From: Stellaceae bacterium
Lineage (GTDB): Bacteria; Pseudomonadota; Alphaproteobacteria; ATCC43930; CGMCC-115725
Assembly: GCA_035534535.1 (NCBI GenBank)
Contig: DATLRS010000007.1
Span: 7,562-71,561 of the forward strand
Length of the DNA stretch: 64,000 bases
Direction of reading: 5' to 3'
Within the stretch, counting starts at the first letter, position 1, and each line of letters opens with the position of its first letter. A model generated the notes under the pieces. That model saw only the letters and a list, made by a program, of their open reading frames with translations. It ran no database searches and was not told the DNA's origin. The translations under genes and the position numbers were made by a program. Shown here one piece after another: positions 21,689 through 29,723 of the stretch.

Positions 21689-22216
21689 ATGGCCGAAACG
21701 GTAGACGGCATCACGATAAGCTGTCTTACAAACGCTCACTATCACTCCGGTCGCGAGGCATTCCTCGACAATGTGCACCGTTGGTTTATGTTCGGGGTAA
21801 TCGCCCTCGGAGCTGCTGCGCTAATTGATATCTTCCCGGCATCGCAGCGTGACTGGGTAAAGGGTCTCTGCACCGCCGGGGCTGCTATACTGGGTGCGCT
21901 TGACCTAACCTTTGACCTTTCGAATCGCGCGCGCTCACACTCGATGATGAGGCGACGCTATTTTGAGCTGCTCGCTGACGTGCGAGAGGGGAAGAAAACG
22001 CCCGGCCAAGCTCGCGTAGATTTGGAAAGGCTCAGCGGTGACGAGGAACCGCCTTATCGAGTACTCTTGCTTTCCAGCTGGAATCAAGCACAACGAAGTG
22101 TATATGGAAATAAGGCACTCAATTTTGCGATCACCAAAACGGGTATGCTTTTCAAGAATTTTTTTCGCCGGCCGGGCGCGTCCTATCCAGTAACAGAAAT
22201 AAATTCGGAGGCGTAG
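21689..22216 (+). CDS. Hypothetical two-TM membrane protein in an AT-rich islet (SLATT-like topology)
   Basis: Part of ORF 21530..22216. ATG 21689 coincides with the abrupt drop in G+C. Two hydrophobic helices (WFMFGVIALGAAALIDIF, VKGLCTAGAAILGALDLTF) are followed by the helix SNRARSHSMMRRRYFELLADV. Codons are A/T-ending, unlike neighbours. An earlier start at 21530 is possible. Confidence 0.55.
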   Translation: MAETVDGITISCLTNAHYHSGREAFLDNVHRWFMFGVIALGAAALIDIFPASQRDWVKGLCTAGAAILGALDLTFDLSNRARSHSMMRRRYFELLADVREGKKTPGQARVDLERLSGDEEPPYRVLLLSSWNQAQRSVYGNKALNFAITKTGMLFKNFFRRPGASYPVTEINSEA

Positions 22217-22239
22217 TTTTTGCGCCGTGGGTGAAGTAG

Positions 22240-22512
22240 ATGACAGCACAGAACCGGTTTTTCGACGATGTCGCACGGGTCGCAGCCGGGGCGGCAGGAG
22301 CGATCTCCGGGGTGCGGGACGAGCTCGGGATGCGCCTGCGCGACCAGCTCGAACGGGTGCTGGCGGGGATGGACTTGGTCAGCCGCGAGGAGTTCGAGGC
22401 GGTCAAGGCGATGGCGGCCAAGGCGCGCGAGGAGCAGGAATTGCTGCTGGCCCGGGTCGAGGCCCTGGAGGCGCGGCTGGCGACGCCGGAGGAAAATCCC
22501 TCAATCCCCTGA
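22240..22512 (+). CDS. ubiK: Accessory factor UbiK family protein (BMFP/YqiC-like coiled coil)
   Basis: 90 aa: MTAQNRFFDDVARVAAGAAGAISGVRDE...LVSREEFEAVKAMAAKAREEQE. Typical of the UbiK/YqiC family. Confidence 0.8.
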   Translation: MTAQNRFFDDVARVAAGAAGAISGVRDELGMRLRDQLERVLAGMDLVSREEFEAVKAMAAKAREEQELLLARVEALEARLATPEENPSIP

Positions 22513-22690
22513 GCCAGACGCGGGTCTTAACGCTAAATCTAGTCTTGCCATGGCTGCCCGCCTTTGGCAGCGTAGGATTGCTCAAAAATTTGGCGTCGCC
22601 CGCGAACCGATCCGGAAGGAGTTTGCCGCTGGATTATCGAAGCACACCGACCCGCTTAACGTTTCGTCGAGTCGCCTCCAGGAGGGCCCG

Positions 22691-23197
22691 ATGACCTCTG
22701 TTTCCATGGTTGAAGTTCATTCTCCTACCGGCAATCCGATCGACCTCGTCGAAGAAATCGTCGTCGCCAATGACTGGGCGCACGACCGTGCCAGCGAGGA
22801 GGAAATGATCATCGAGATCGGCGGTCGCTGGTGCGATTACCGACTGTATTTTCTGTGGCAGGAGGAGCTGAGCGCCCTGCATTTTTCCTGCGGGTTCGAC
22901 ATGAAGGTGCCAAGGCGCCGGCGTGGGCCGCTCTATGAACTGCTGGCGCTGGCCAATGAGCGGCTTTGGCTCGGGCATTTCGATCTGGCCGCGGGCGACA
23001 CCTCGCCGGCGTTCCGCTACGCCGTGCTGCTGCGCGGCACCGGCACGGCGAGTTCGGAGCAGGTCGAGGATCTCGTCGATATCGCGGTGGCGGAATGCGA
23101 ACGGTTTTATCCGGCTTTCCAGCTGGTGATCTGGGGCGGCAAGTCGCCCGAGGAAGCGATGGCGACGGCGATGATCGAGCCGATCGGCGAGGCCTGA
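22691..23197 (+). CDS. YbjN domain-containing protein
   Basis: Conserved part of ORF 22268..23197 starting MTSVSMVEVHSPTGNPIDLVEEIVVANDW (ATG 22691, RBS GGAGGG). Position between ubiK and proC matches other Alphaproteobacteria. Confidence 0.75.
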   Translation: MTSVSMVEVHSPTGNPIDLVEEIVVANDWAHDRASEEEMIIEIGGRWCDYRLYFLWQEELSALHFSCGFDMKVPRRRRGPLYELLALANERLWLGHFDLAAGDTSPAFRYAVLLRGTGTASSEQVEDLVDIAVAECERFYPAFQLVIWGGKSPEEAMATAMIEPIGEA

Positions 23198-23222
23198 GGG
23201 GCGGCCGGAAGGACGCGCCGCG

Positions 23223-24068
23223 ATGAGCGCGACAGCCGCGCGGGCGCCGGCGAAAGCCGGTACGCTCGTCCTCGCCGGGTGCGGCCAGATGGGGTCGGCG
23301 ATGCTGCGCGGCTGGCTGGCGCGCGGCGCGGCCGGAGGGTATCTGGTGGTCGAGCCGGCGCGGGCGGATCTAGCGGCGGATCTAGCGGACCATGTCGATG
23401 TCAGCTGGTTCGACCGGCCTGACGATCTGCCGGCCAATTTCGTGCCCGATGCGGTGGTCTTTGCCGTCAAGCCGCAGGTCATGGATGCGGTTTTGCCGCC
23501 CTATCGCCGCTTTGCCGGGCCGGCGACGCTGTTTGTGTCGATCGCCGCCGGCAAGACGATCGGCAGCATCGCCCGGCATCTCGGCGAGGACGCGGCGATC
23601 GTCCGCTGCATGCCCAATACCCCGGCCGCGATCGGGCGGGCCATCACCGTCGCCTGTCCCAACCAGCGGGTCGGGGCGGCGCAGCGCGCGCTGTGCGAGG
23701 CGCTGCTCGCCGCGATCGGCGACAGCACCTGGGTCGAGGACGAAGCGTTGATGGACGCGGTAACGGCGGTGTCGGGCAGCGGCCCGGCCTATGTTTTCCT
23801 GCTGATCGAGGCGCTGGCCGAGGCCGGGGTGCGGGCCGGGCTGCCCGCCGATCTGGCGCTGAACCTCGCCCGCGCCACCGTTGCCGGCGCCGGCGAATTG
23901 GCGCGACAGTCGCCGGAAATGCCGTCTCGCCTGCGCGAGAACGTCACCAGCCCGGGCGGCACGACGCGCGCCGCGCTCGACATCCTGATGGGCGAACACG
24001 GCCTGCCGGAACTGCTCGATCGCGCCGTCGCCGCGGCGACCGCACGGTCGCGCGAATTGGCCAGCTGA
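23223..24068 (+). CDS. proC: Pyrroline-5-carboxylate reductase
   Basis: 281-aa ORF. Rossmann LAGCGQMGSAML, MPNTPA, SGSGPAYVF, SPGGTT motifs. Confidence 0.9.
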   Translation: MSATAARAPAKAGTLVLAGCGQMGSAMLRGWLARGAAGGYLVVEPARADLAADLADHVDVSWFDRPDDLPANFVPDAVVFAVKPQVMDAVLPPYRRFAGPATLFVSIAAGKTIGSIARHLGEDAAIVRCMPNTPAAIGRAITVACPNQRVGAAQRALCEALLAAIGDSTWVEDEALMDAVTAVSGSGPAYVFLLIEALAEAGVRAGLPADLALNLARATVAGAGELARQSPEMPSRLRENVTSPGGTTRAALDILMGEHGLPELLDRAVAAATARSRELAS

Positions 24069-24080
24069 GGGCGACGGGCG

Positions 24081-24722
24081 ATGGCAAGGAGCCGCTCGTC
24101 GCGCGTCTCGGGTGGTGCGGCGTCCCCGCCCGCGAGCGAGCGCGATCGCCTCGTTGACGCGACGCTGCGGCTGATCGCGCAGGAAGGGTGGCGGCGGCTC
24201 TCGATGGCGGCGATTGCTGCCGAGGCCGACCTGCCGATCCTCAGTCTTTACCGCGAGTTCCGCGCCAAGCCGGCCATCCTGGCGGCGTTCTACCGGCGGA
24301 TTGACGAGGCGGTCCTGGCCGCTCCGGTCGAGGCGGAGGCCGGCGAGCGGCCGCGCGATCGGGTCTTCGACCTGTTGATGCGTCGATTTGACGCGCTTCG
24401 ACCCTACCGAGCGGCGCTCGAGGTGCTCGCCCGCGAATTGCCGAGCGATCCACTCAGCGCCTTGGCCCTCGGCACCCGGTTGTTGTGCTCGATCGGCTGG
24501 ATGCTCGACACCGCCGGCATCGCCACCCAGGGCCTCGGCGGCGTGCTGGCGGTCAAGCTGACCGCCGGCATCTATCTGGCGACGGTGCGCGTCTGGCTGC
24601 GCGACGAGACGCCCGATCTCGCGCCGACCATGGCGGCGCTCGACCGCCGGCTGCGCTCCGTCGAGCGTTGGTTCCGGCCGGCGCGCCGGCCGCGGCAGGG
24701 CGAGACCGCAGCCCCCGCCTGA
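24081..24722 (+). CDS. TetR/AcrR family transcriptional regulator
   Basis: N-terminal HTH RLVDATLRLIAQEGWRRLSMAAIAAEADLPILSLYREF. Confidence 0.8.
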   Translation: MARSRSSRVSGGAASPPASERDRLVDATLRLIAQEGWRRLSMAAIAAEADLPILSLYREFRAKPAILAAFYRRIDEAVLAAPVEAEAGERPRDRVFDLLMRRFDALRPYRAALEVLARELPSDPLSALALGTRLLCSIGWMLDTAGIATQGLGGVLAVKLTAGIYLATVRVWLRDETPDLAPTMAALDRRLRSVERWFRPARRPRQGETAAPA

Positions 24723-24750
24723 CGGGCAATTTGCTGCACTGCAAAATTCT

Positions 24751-24800
24751 CTTGACGCGACCCTAGATCACCGCGATATAGGGCGTTGTGCAATGCACAA
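24751..24800 (+). promoter_or_regulatory. Candidate phasin promoter (CTTGAC-N17-CGATAT) with a perfect 7-1-7 palindrome TTGTGCA-A-TGCACAA over the predicted start site
   Basis: cttgac 24751-56, cgatat 24774-79, palindrome 24786-24800. ATG of phasin at 24834. A second TGCA-C-TGCA element lies at 24735-43. Confidence 0.4.
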
Positions 24801-24833
24801 ATCCCCAGGCCTCTAACTCCGGGAACCCGATAA

Positions 24834-25271
24834 ATGGCTGATGCTCGTCCGAACCCGTTCGATTTTGACGTGACCAAGATGTTTGCCGATTTCCGGTTCC
24901 GCCCCTTCGATGTCGAGGCGGTGTGGGCGGCGCAGCGCCGCAACCTCGAGGCGCTGAGCCAAGCCAACCAGGCTGCCGTCGAAGGCGTGCAGGCCGTGGC
25001 ACGCTATCAGATCGAACTGACGCGCGAGACCTTCGAGGGCCTCTCGGTGCTGATGCGCGAGTTGGCGCAGCCGGCCTCGACCGAGGACCGCCTCGCCAAG
25101 AACACCGAATACATGAAGAAGATGATCGAAAAGGGCGTCAATGGCGGCCGTGAGATCGCGACGATCGCGACCAAGGCCGGCAGCACGGCCACCGCGATCC
25201 TGCACAAGCGCGCCACCGAAGGGCTCGACGAGATCCGCGCCATCGCCGCCCAGCAGACGACGCCCTCCTGA
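24834..25271 (+). CDS. Phasin family protein (PHA granule-associated)
   Basis: 145 aa. FDVEAVWAAQRRNLEALSQANQAAVEGVQAVARYQIEL is typical of alphaproteobacterial phasins. Confidence 0.85.
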   Translation: MADARPNPFDFDVTKMFADFRFRPFDVEAVWAAQRRNLEALSQANQAAVEGVQAVARYQIELTRETFEGLSVLMRELAQPASTEDRLAKNTEYMKKMIEKGVNGGREIATIATKAGSTATAILHKRATEGLDEIRAIAAQQTTPS

Positions 25272-25352
25272 CACGTCGCTGATCAGGCCGATCAGGCCGC
25301 TCAGATCGATCCGTCATTCCCGCGCAAGCGGGGGTGAGGGCCCCAGTCTGCG

Positions 25353-26702
25353 TCAGCGTGGCAGGTGGACGCGGGCGCGCAGGCCGCCATGGGGCGAGGC
25401 TTCGAGCCGCACGTCGCCGCCATGGCTGCGCGCCACATCGCGCGCGATCGTCAGCCCGAGACCGATGCCGCCGGTGGACGGGTTGCGCGACGCGTCGAGC
25501 CGGATGAACGGCTGGAAGACCCGGTCGCGCTCGGCCGCCGGGATGCCCGGCCCGTCATCGTCGATCAGGATGTCGACGCCGTCCTCGACCGGCACGCTCG
25601 ACAGCCAGACATGCTGGCCGTAGAGCCGGGCATTGGCAATCAGGTTGGCGAGGCAGCGGCGCAGCGCATGCGGCCTGACCGGCAAAACCAGTCTGCCCGG
25701 CTGGTCGACCGCCAGCGACGTCCCTTCGCGGCGCGCCGCCGCCGCCAGATCCTCCAGCATCGGCGTGATGTCGGTATCGACCGGGCTCTCGGTCCCTGCG
25801 CCGCGCGCGAAATCGAGGTAGAGGTTGACCAGCCGCTCCATGTCGATGACGTCGGATTTCAGTTCGGCGACGACCGGATCGCCATCCATCAATTCGAGCG
25901 CCAGCTTCATGCGGGTCAACGGCGTGCGCAGATCATGCGATACCCCGGCCAGCATCTCGGTGCGCTGACGGATCTGCCGCTGAATGCGGTCGCGCATGCT
26001 GATGAAGGCGGCCGCCGCCTGGCGCACTTCGAGCGCTCCCTCGATCTTGGAGAAGGCGACCGCCCGGCCCTTCCCGAAACCCTCGGCCGCGGCCGCGAGG
26101 CGGCGCAGCGACTTGACCTGATTGCGCAGGAACAGCGCCGCGACGCACAACAGGACCAGCGACGAGCCGACCATCCACATGATAAAAATGTAAGTTGTCG
26201 GCGTATACAGCCGGCTGAGCGGCACATCGACGGTCAGCACGCCCTCGGGGACCTGCACCGCGATCAGCACGCGGTGGCTGTGACTGATCGCGTCGATCGT
26301 GAACGGCCGCCGCACCCGGTCGATCATCTCGCGGCGCAGCTTGGCCTGCAGCATCGTGCCGCTCGGCGGTCCGGGCGGCGCCAGCACCGCAGCGCGGCGC
26401 AGACCGAAAGTGAGTTCGCTGACCGCGCCGACACGATCGAACAGGTGCCGCCGCCCGGCCGCCGACGGGGTAAGTTTCATCGCATCGATGACCATCGCGA
26501 CGTCGCCGGCGACATCGGCGGAAAACCGGTACGACACGGCCTCCCAATGGCGATCGTAAAAGATCCAGGTCGAGATGATTTGCAACAGGACGAGCGGCAT
26601 CACGATCAGCAGCAGCGAGCGGCCGAACATCGACTGCGGCAGCAGCCGCTTGATCCAGCCGCGCTGGCGAATGTCGAGAGCGTCCGGCGCGACGTCCGGC
26701 AT
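25353..26702 (-). CDS. Sensor histidine kinase (EnvZ-like: 2 TM, HAMP, HisKA, HATPase)
   Basis: H-box AGVSHDLRTPLTRM, N-box LANLIANA, G1 DDGPGI, G2 GGIGLGLTIA. ATG 26702 is preceded by GAGGTG. The track start 26741 would overlap the regulator gene. Confidence 0.85.
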   Translation of the reverse strand: MPDVAPDALDIRQRGWIKRLLPQSMFGRSLLLIVMPLVLLQIISTWIFYDRHWEAVSYRFSADVAGDVAMVIDAMKLTPSAAGRRHLFDRVGAVSELTFGLRRAAVLAPPGPPSGTMLQAKLRREMIDRVRRPFTIDAISHSHRVLIAVQVPEGVLTVDVPLSRLYTPTTYIFIMWMVGSSLVLLCVAALFLRNQVKSLRRLAAAAEGFGKGRAVAFSKIEGALEVRQAAAAFISMRDRIQRQIRQRTEMLAGVSHDLRTPLTRMKLALELMDGDPVVAELKSDVIDMERLVNLYLDFARGAGTESPVDTDITPMLEDLAAAARREGTSLAVDQPGRLVLPVRPHALRRCLANLIANARLYGQHVWLSSVPVEDGVDILIDDDGPGIPAAERDRVFQPFIRLDASRNPSTGGIGLGLTIARDVARSHGGDVRLEASPHGGLRARVHLPR

Positions 26703-26721
26703 CGCCGTCACCTCGCCACCC

Positions 26722-27414
26722 TCACTCGGGCTTGAGCGCATAGCCGGTGCCGCGTACGGTTTGCAGATAGCGCGGATAGCGCGGGTCCGCCTCGATCTTG
26801 CGGCGCAGCCGGGTCATCTGCACATCGACGTTGCGGATGTTGCCGCCAAACTGTGCCGATTGCGACAAATCCTCGCGCGATACCGGCTCCCCGGCATGCG
26901 CCGCAAGGCTCGCCAGCAGGCCGCACTCGGCGGCAGTCAGGTGCACGATGGCGCCATCGTGAAACAGCTCGCTACGGTCGAGGTCGAAGCGGAACATGCC
27001 AAAGCGGACCGCGCGCTCGGCGGTGTCGGGCGCGCCGCGGCGATCGATGATGTTGCGAATGCGCAGCACCAGCTCGCGCGGCTCGAACGGCTTGGCGAGG
27101 TAGTCGTCGGCGCCCTGTTCCAGCCCGTAGACCCGATCCTCGGGCTCGCTCATCGCGGTCAGCAGCAGGATCGGGACGCGCGGCGTGGCTCCGGCGCGGC
27201 GCAGCGCCCTTGTCAGGTCGAGCCCGTTCTCGCCCGGCATCATCACGTCGAGCACGATCAGGTCGAAGGCAAAGCGCGCCAGATTGGCGCGCGCCTCCGC
27301 GGCGTCGGCCGCGATCGTCACGCGAAAGCCGTTCTCGAACAGGTAGCGGCGCAGCAATTCGCGCAGCCGCGCGTCGTCGTCGACGACAAGAAGGTGGTGT
27401 TCGAGATCGGCCAT
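26722..27414 (-). CDS. OmpR-family response regulator (PetR/CenR-like)
   Basis: Receiver LLVVDDDARLRELL...LIVLDVMMPGENG, then winged helix VQMTRLRRKIE...YLQTVRGTGY. Close overall resemblance to OmpR. Confidence 0.9.
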   Translation of the reverse strand: MADLEHHLLVVDDDARLRELLRRYLFENGFRVTIAADAAEARANLARFAFDLIVLDVMMPGENGLDLTRALRRAGATPRVPILLLTAMSEPEDRVYGLEQGADDYLAKPFEPRELVLRIRNIIDRRGAPDTAERAVRFGMFRFDLDRSELFHDGAIVHLTAAECGLLASLAAHAGEPVSREDLSQSAQFGGNIRNVDVQMTRLRRKIEADPRYPRYLQTVRGTGYALKPE

Positions 27415-27442
27415 CGCGCTTCACTATACCCCATGCCGCCGC

Positions 27443-27949
27443 TCAACGCCGCGCCGGCTCAAAGCGTCGGCGGTCCTCCTCGTCGGCGATGATGGCGAGC
27501 AGCACCTTGCGGAACCCCTCGACCGCCGGCGCGCCGCCCTTGCGGTAGGCGGCCGCGACGCGGGCCCGCTGCGGCTCCGACAGGCGTCGTTCCAGCTCGC
27601 GGCCGCTGGTCGTCAATTCGAGCAGGCGCTGGCGGCGATCGGCGGCGCCGCGATGCTGAATGATAAAGCCCTGGCGCACCAGCTGACCCAGCACCCGATT
27701 GAGGCTCTGCTTGGTGATGCGCAGGATGTCGAGCAACTCGCCGACGGTCATCTGCGGATGGCGCCCGACGAAATGCACGACCCGGTGATGGGCCCGCCCG
27801 AACCCGTATTGCTCGAGGATCGCGTCGGGCTCGGCGGTGAAGTCGCGATACGCGAAAAACAGCAGCTCGATGCCCTGGCGAACCAGTTCCTCGCGCCCGC
27901 CCGCCAGCGCGGCCTGCTGCTCCCCGCTGCGATTTTTTATGTCAGTCAT
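27443..27949 (-). CDS. MarR family transcriptional regulator (PetP-like position upstream of the response regulator)
   Basis: 168 aa. wHTH MTVGELLDILRITKQSLNRVLGQLVRQGFI...DRRQRLLELT. Confidence 0.85.
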   Translation of the reverse strand: MTDIKNRSGEQQAALAGGREELVRQGIELLFFAYRDFTAEPDAILEQYGFGRAHHRVVHFVGRHPQMTVGELLDILRITKQSLNRVLGQLVRQGFIIQHRGAADRRQRLLELTTSGRELERRLSEPQRARVAAAYRKGGAPAVEGFRKVLLAIIADEEDRRRFEPARR

Positions 27950-28102
27950 ATTGACTTATTCGGCAACGTTCGGTACAAGTGGGGCGTCTTCTGCGATATA
28001 AAGTTCCCCGTGGCCCGACTCCACGCCCAATCCGGCGCCAGCCGGTCCTCGACCAGCGCAGCGGGCCATGCCGACCAATTTCTCCGGTGCCAGGAGGACA
28101 TC

Positions 28103-29005
28103 ATGTCCCAACTCCCCTTCGACGATCGCGACGGCTTCATCTGGTATGACGGCCGGCTTGTCGCATGGCGCGATGCCAAGCTGCATGTGCTGACCCACGG
28201 TCTGCATTATGCGAGTTGCGTGTTCGAAGGCGAGCGCGTCTACAACGGCACGGTCTTCCGCATGGAGGACCACAACGCGCGGCTGGTCAACTCGGCGAAG
28301 ATCATGGGCTTCGAGATCCCCGCCAGCATGGACGATCTGGCCCGCGCGACGCACGAGGTGATCAGCAGCAACAACATCCGCGACGGGTATGTCCGGCCGA
28401 TCGCCTGGCGCGGCGCCGAGCAGATGGGCGTCTCGGCGCAGGAGAACAAGATCCATCTGGCGCTCGCGTGCTGGGACTGGCCGGCCTATTTCTCGCCGGA
28501 AGCGCGCGCCAAGGGCATCAAGATGCTGTGGTCGCGCTGGGCCCGCCCGGCGCCCAACACCGCGCCGGTGCATGCCAAGGCCTCCGGGCTCTACATGATC
28601 TGCACGATGGCCAAGCACGAGGCCGAGGCCGAGGGCTGCGACGACGCGCTGATGCTCGATTGGCGCGGCAACCTCGCCGAAGGCACCGGCGCCAATCTCT
28701 TTCTCGCCTTCAACGGCGAACTGCACACCCCGACGCCGGACTGCTTCCTCAACGGCATCACCCGGCAGACCGTGATCGGCCTCGCCAAGGCCCGCGGCAT
28801 CAAGGTCGTCGAGCGCACCATCCTGCCCGAGGAACTGGCCAAGGCCGACGAGATGTTCCTGACCGGTTCGGCCGCCGAGGTGACGCCGGTCGGCGAGATC
28901 ATCGGCCCAGTCGGCCACTACCGCTTCACCCCCGGCACGATGTGCCGCCTGATGTGGGAGGATTTCGACCGGCTGGTCGGGAAAAAAGTGGCGAGCGCGG
29001 CGTAG
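28103..29005 (+). CDS. ilvE: Branched-chain amino acid aminotransferase
   Basis: Conserved 300-aa part of ORF 27653..29005, from MSQLPFDDRDGFIWYDGRLV (ATG 28103, RBS AGGAGG). Class IV aminotransferase blocks HGLHYASCVFEGER, GYVRPI, EGTGANLF. Confidence 0.9.
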   Translation: MSQLPFDDRDGFIWYDGRLVAWRDAKLHVLTHGLHYASCVFEGERVYNGTVFRMEDHNARLVNSAKIMGFEIPASMDDLARATHEVISSNNIRDGYVRPIAWRGAEQMGVSAQENKIHLALACWDWPAYFSPEARAKGIKMLWSRWARPAPNTAPVHAKASGLYMICTMAKHEAEAEGCDDALMLDWRGNLAEGTGANLFLAFNGELHTPTPDCFLNGITRQTVIGLAKARGIKVVERTILPEELAKADEMFLTGSAAEVTPVGEIIGPVGHYRFTPGTMCRLMWEDFDRLVGKKVASAA

Positions 29006-29062
29006 CCGCCGCAGCCTGCGCACCCCCGCGAACCTCCCGGGCGGCGACGCGCGCGTCCGGTA

Positions 29063-29404
29063 TCACTCCGATACCGGGATGATGACCTTCTCGTCGATGA
29101 CGAAGGTCTTGATGCCGCCGATGAAGAGCGCGCCGTCATCGTGCAGTCGCTTTGCCTCGGGCGAGGCGTTGGCGCGCTCCATCGCAGCGCGGTCGTCGTA
29201 CCACAATTCGGCGATGCCATCGACCGCGACCGCGGTCGTCGCGATGTCGGCGCGGGTGCGCTCACCCGCGATGTGGTTCTGCACGTAGCGCCTGACGCCG
29301 GGCACGGCATGCGCCAGCGGCGCGTGAATCTCGACCCAATGCCCGACGAACTCGTCGTGCGTTAGTTCGGGCCGGCGGGTCAGCAGCGACAGGCTCTTGA
29401 TCAT
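29063..29404 (-). CDS. EthD family reductase / EthD domain protein
   Basis: 113-aa conserved part (MIKSLSLLTRRPELTHDEFVGHWVEIHAPL...) of ORF 29063..29680. Confidence 0.75.
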   Translation of the reverse strand: MIKSLSLLTRRPELTHDEFVGHWVEIHAPLAHAVPGVRRYVQNHIAGERTRADIATTAVAVDGIAELWYDDRAAMERANASPEAKRLHDDGALFIGGIKTFVIDEKVIIPVSE

Positions 29405-29423
29405 CGGGCGCCTCACCGTTTGG

Positions 29424-29507
29424 GTCATTGCGAGAAGCGGAGCGACGAAGCAATCCCGATTCGCGCTCCCTTGCCTGCCGAGATTGCTTCGCTTTGCTCG
29501 CAATGAC
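29424..29507. repeat. REP/MITE-like palindromic element (GTCATTGCGAG ... CTCGCAATGAC type)
   Basis: 84 bp with imperfect long inverted arms gtcattgcgagaagcggagcgacgaagcaatc / gattgcttcgctttgctcgcaatgac. A repeat class common in Rhizobiales intergenic DNA. Confidence 0.7.
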
Positions 29508-29510
29508 ACG

Positions 29511-29538
29511 CAAAAAGAGGCCCGCCGAAGCGGGCCTC
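29511..29538 (-). terminator. Rho-independent terminator downstream of the OmpA-like gene
   Basis: On the minus strand: GAGGCCCGC-TTCG-GCGGGCCTC followed by TTTTTG. Confidence 0.7.
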
Positions 29539-29584
29539 TCGCAGCGCCGGGATCGCTACCGGTCGCGGCGGCGAGGAGCTGTTG

Positions 29585-29717
29585 CTCCCTCTCCCCCCCT
29601 CGGGGTGGAGAGGGTTGGGGTGAGGCGGGGGATACCACAGCGTTGGCCGGGACCCACCTCACCCTCCCATTGCTCCGCAATGGGCCCCTCCCTCTCCCCC
29701 CTGAAGGGCGGAGAGGG
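29585..29717. repeat. Composite GC-rich palindromic repeat cluster (CTCCCTCTCCCC...GGAGAGGG family plus GGGGTGAGG/CCTCACCC arms)
   Basis: Three nested hairpins read directly. They include CCCATTGC-TCC-GCAATGGG and two copies of the ccctctcccccc...ggagaggg unit. Confidence 0.6.
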
Positions 29718-29723
29718 ATAGTC

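Noticed and set aside
22565-22581. Sigma-54-like TGGCAG-N-TTGC string upstream of the YbjN gene.
   Set aside because: The GG to GC spacing is two bases longer than the canonical -24/-12 spacing.
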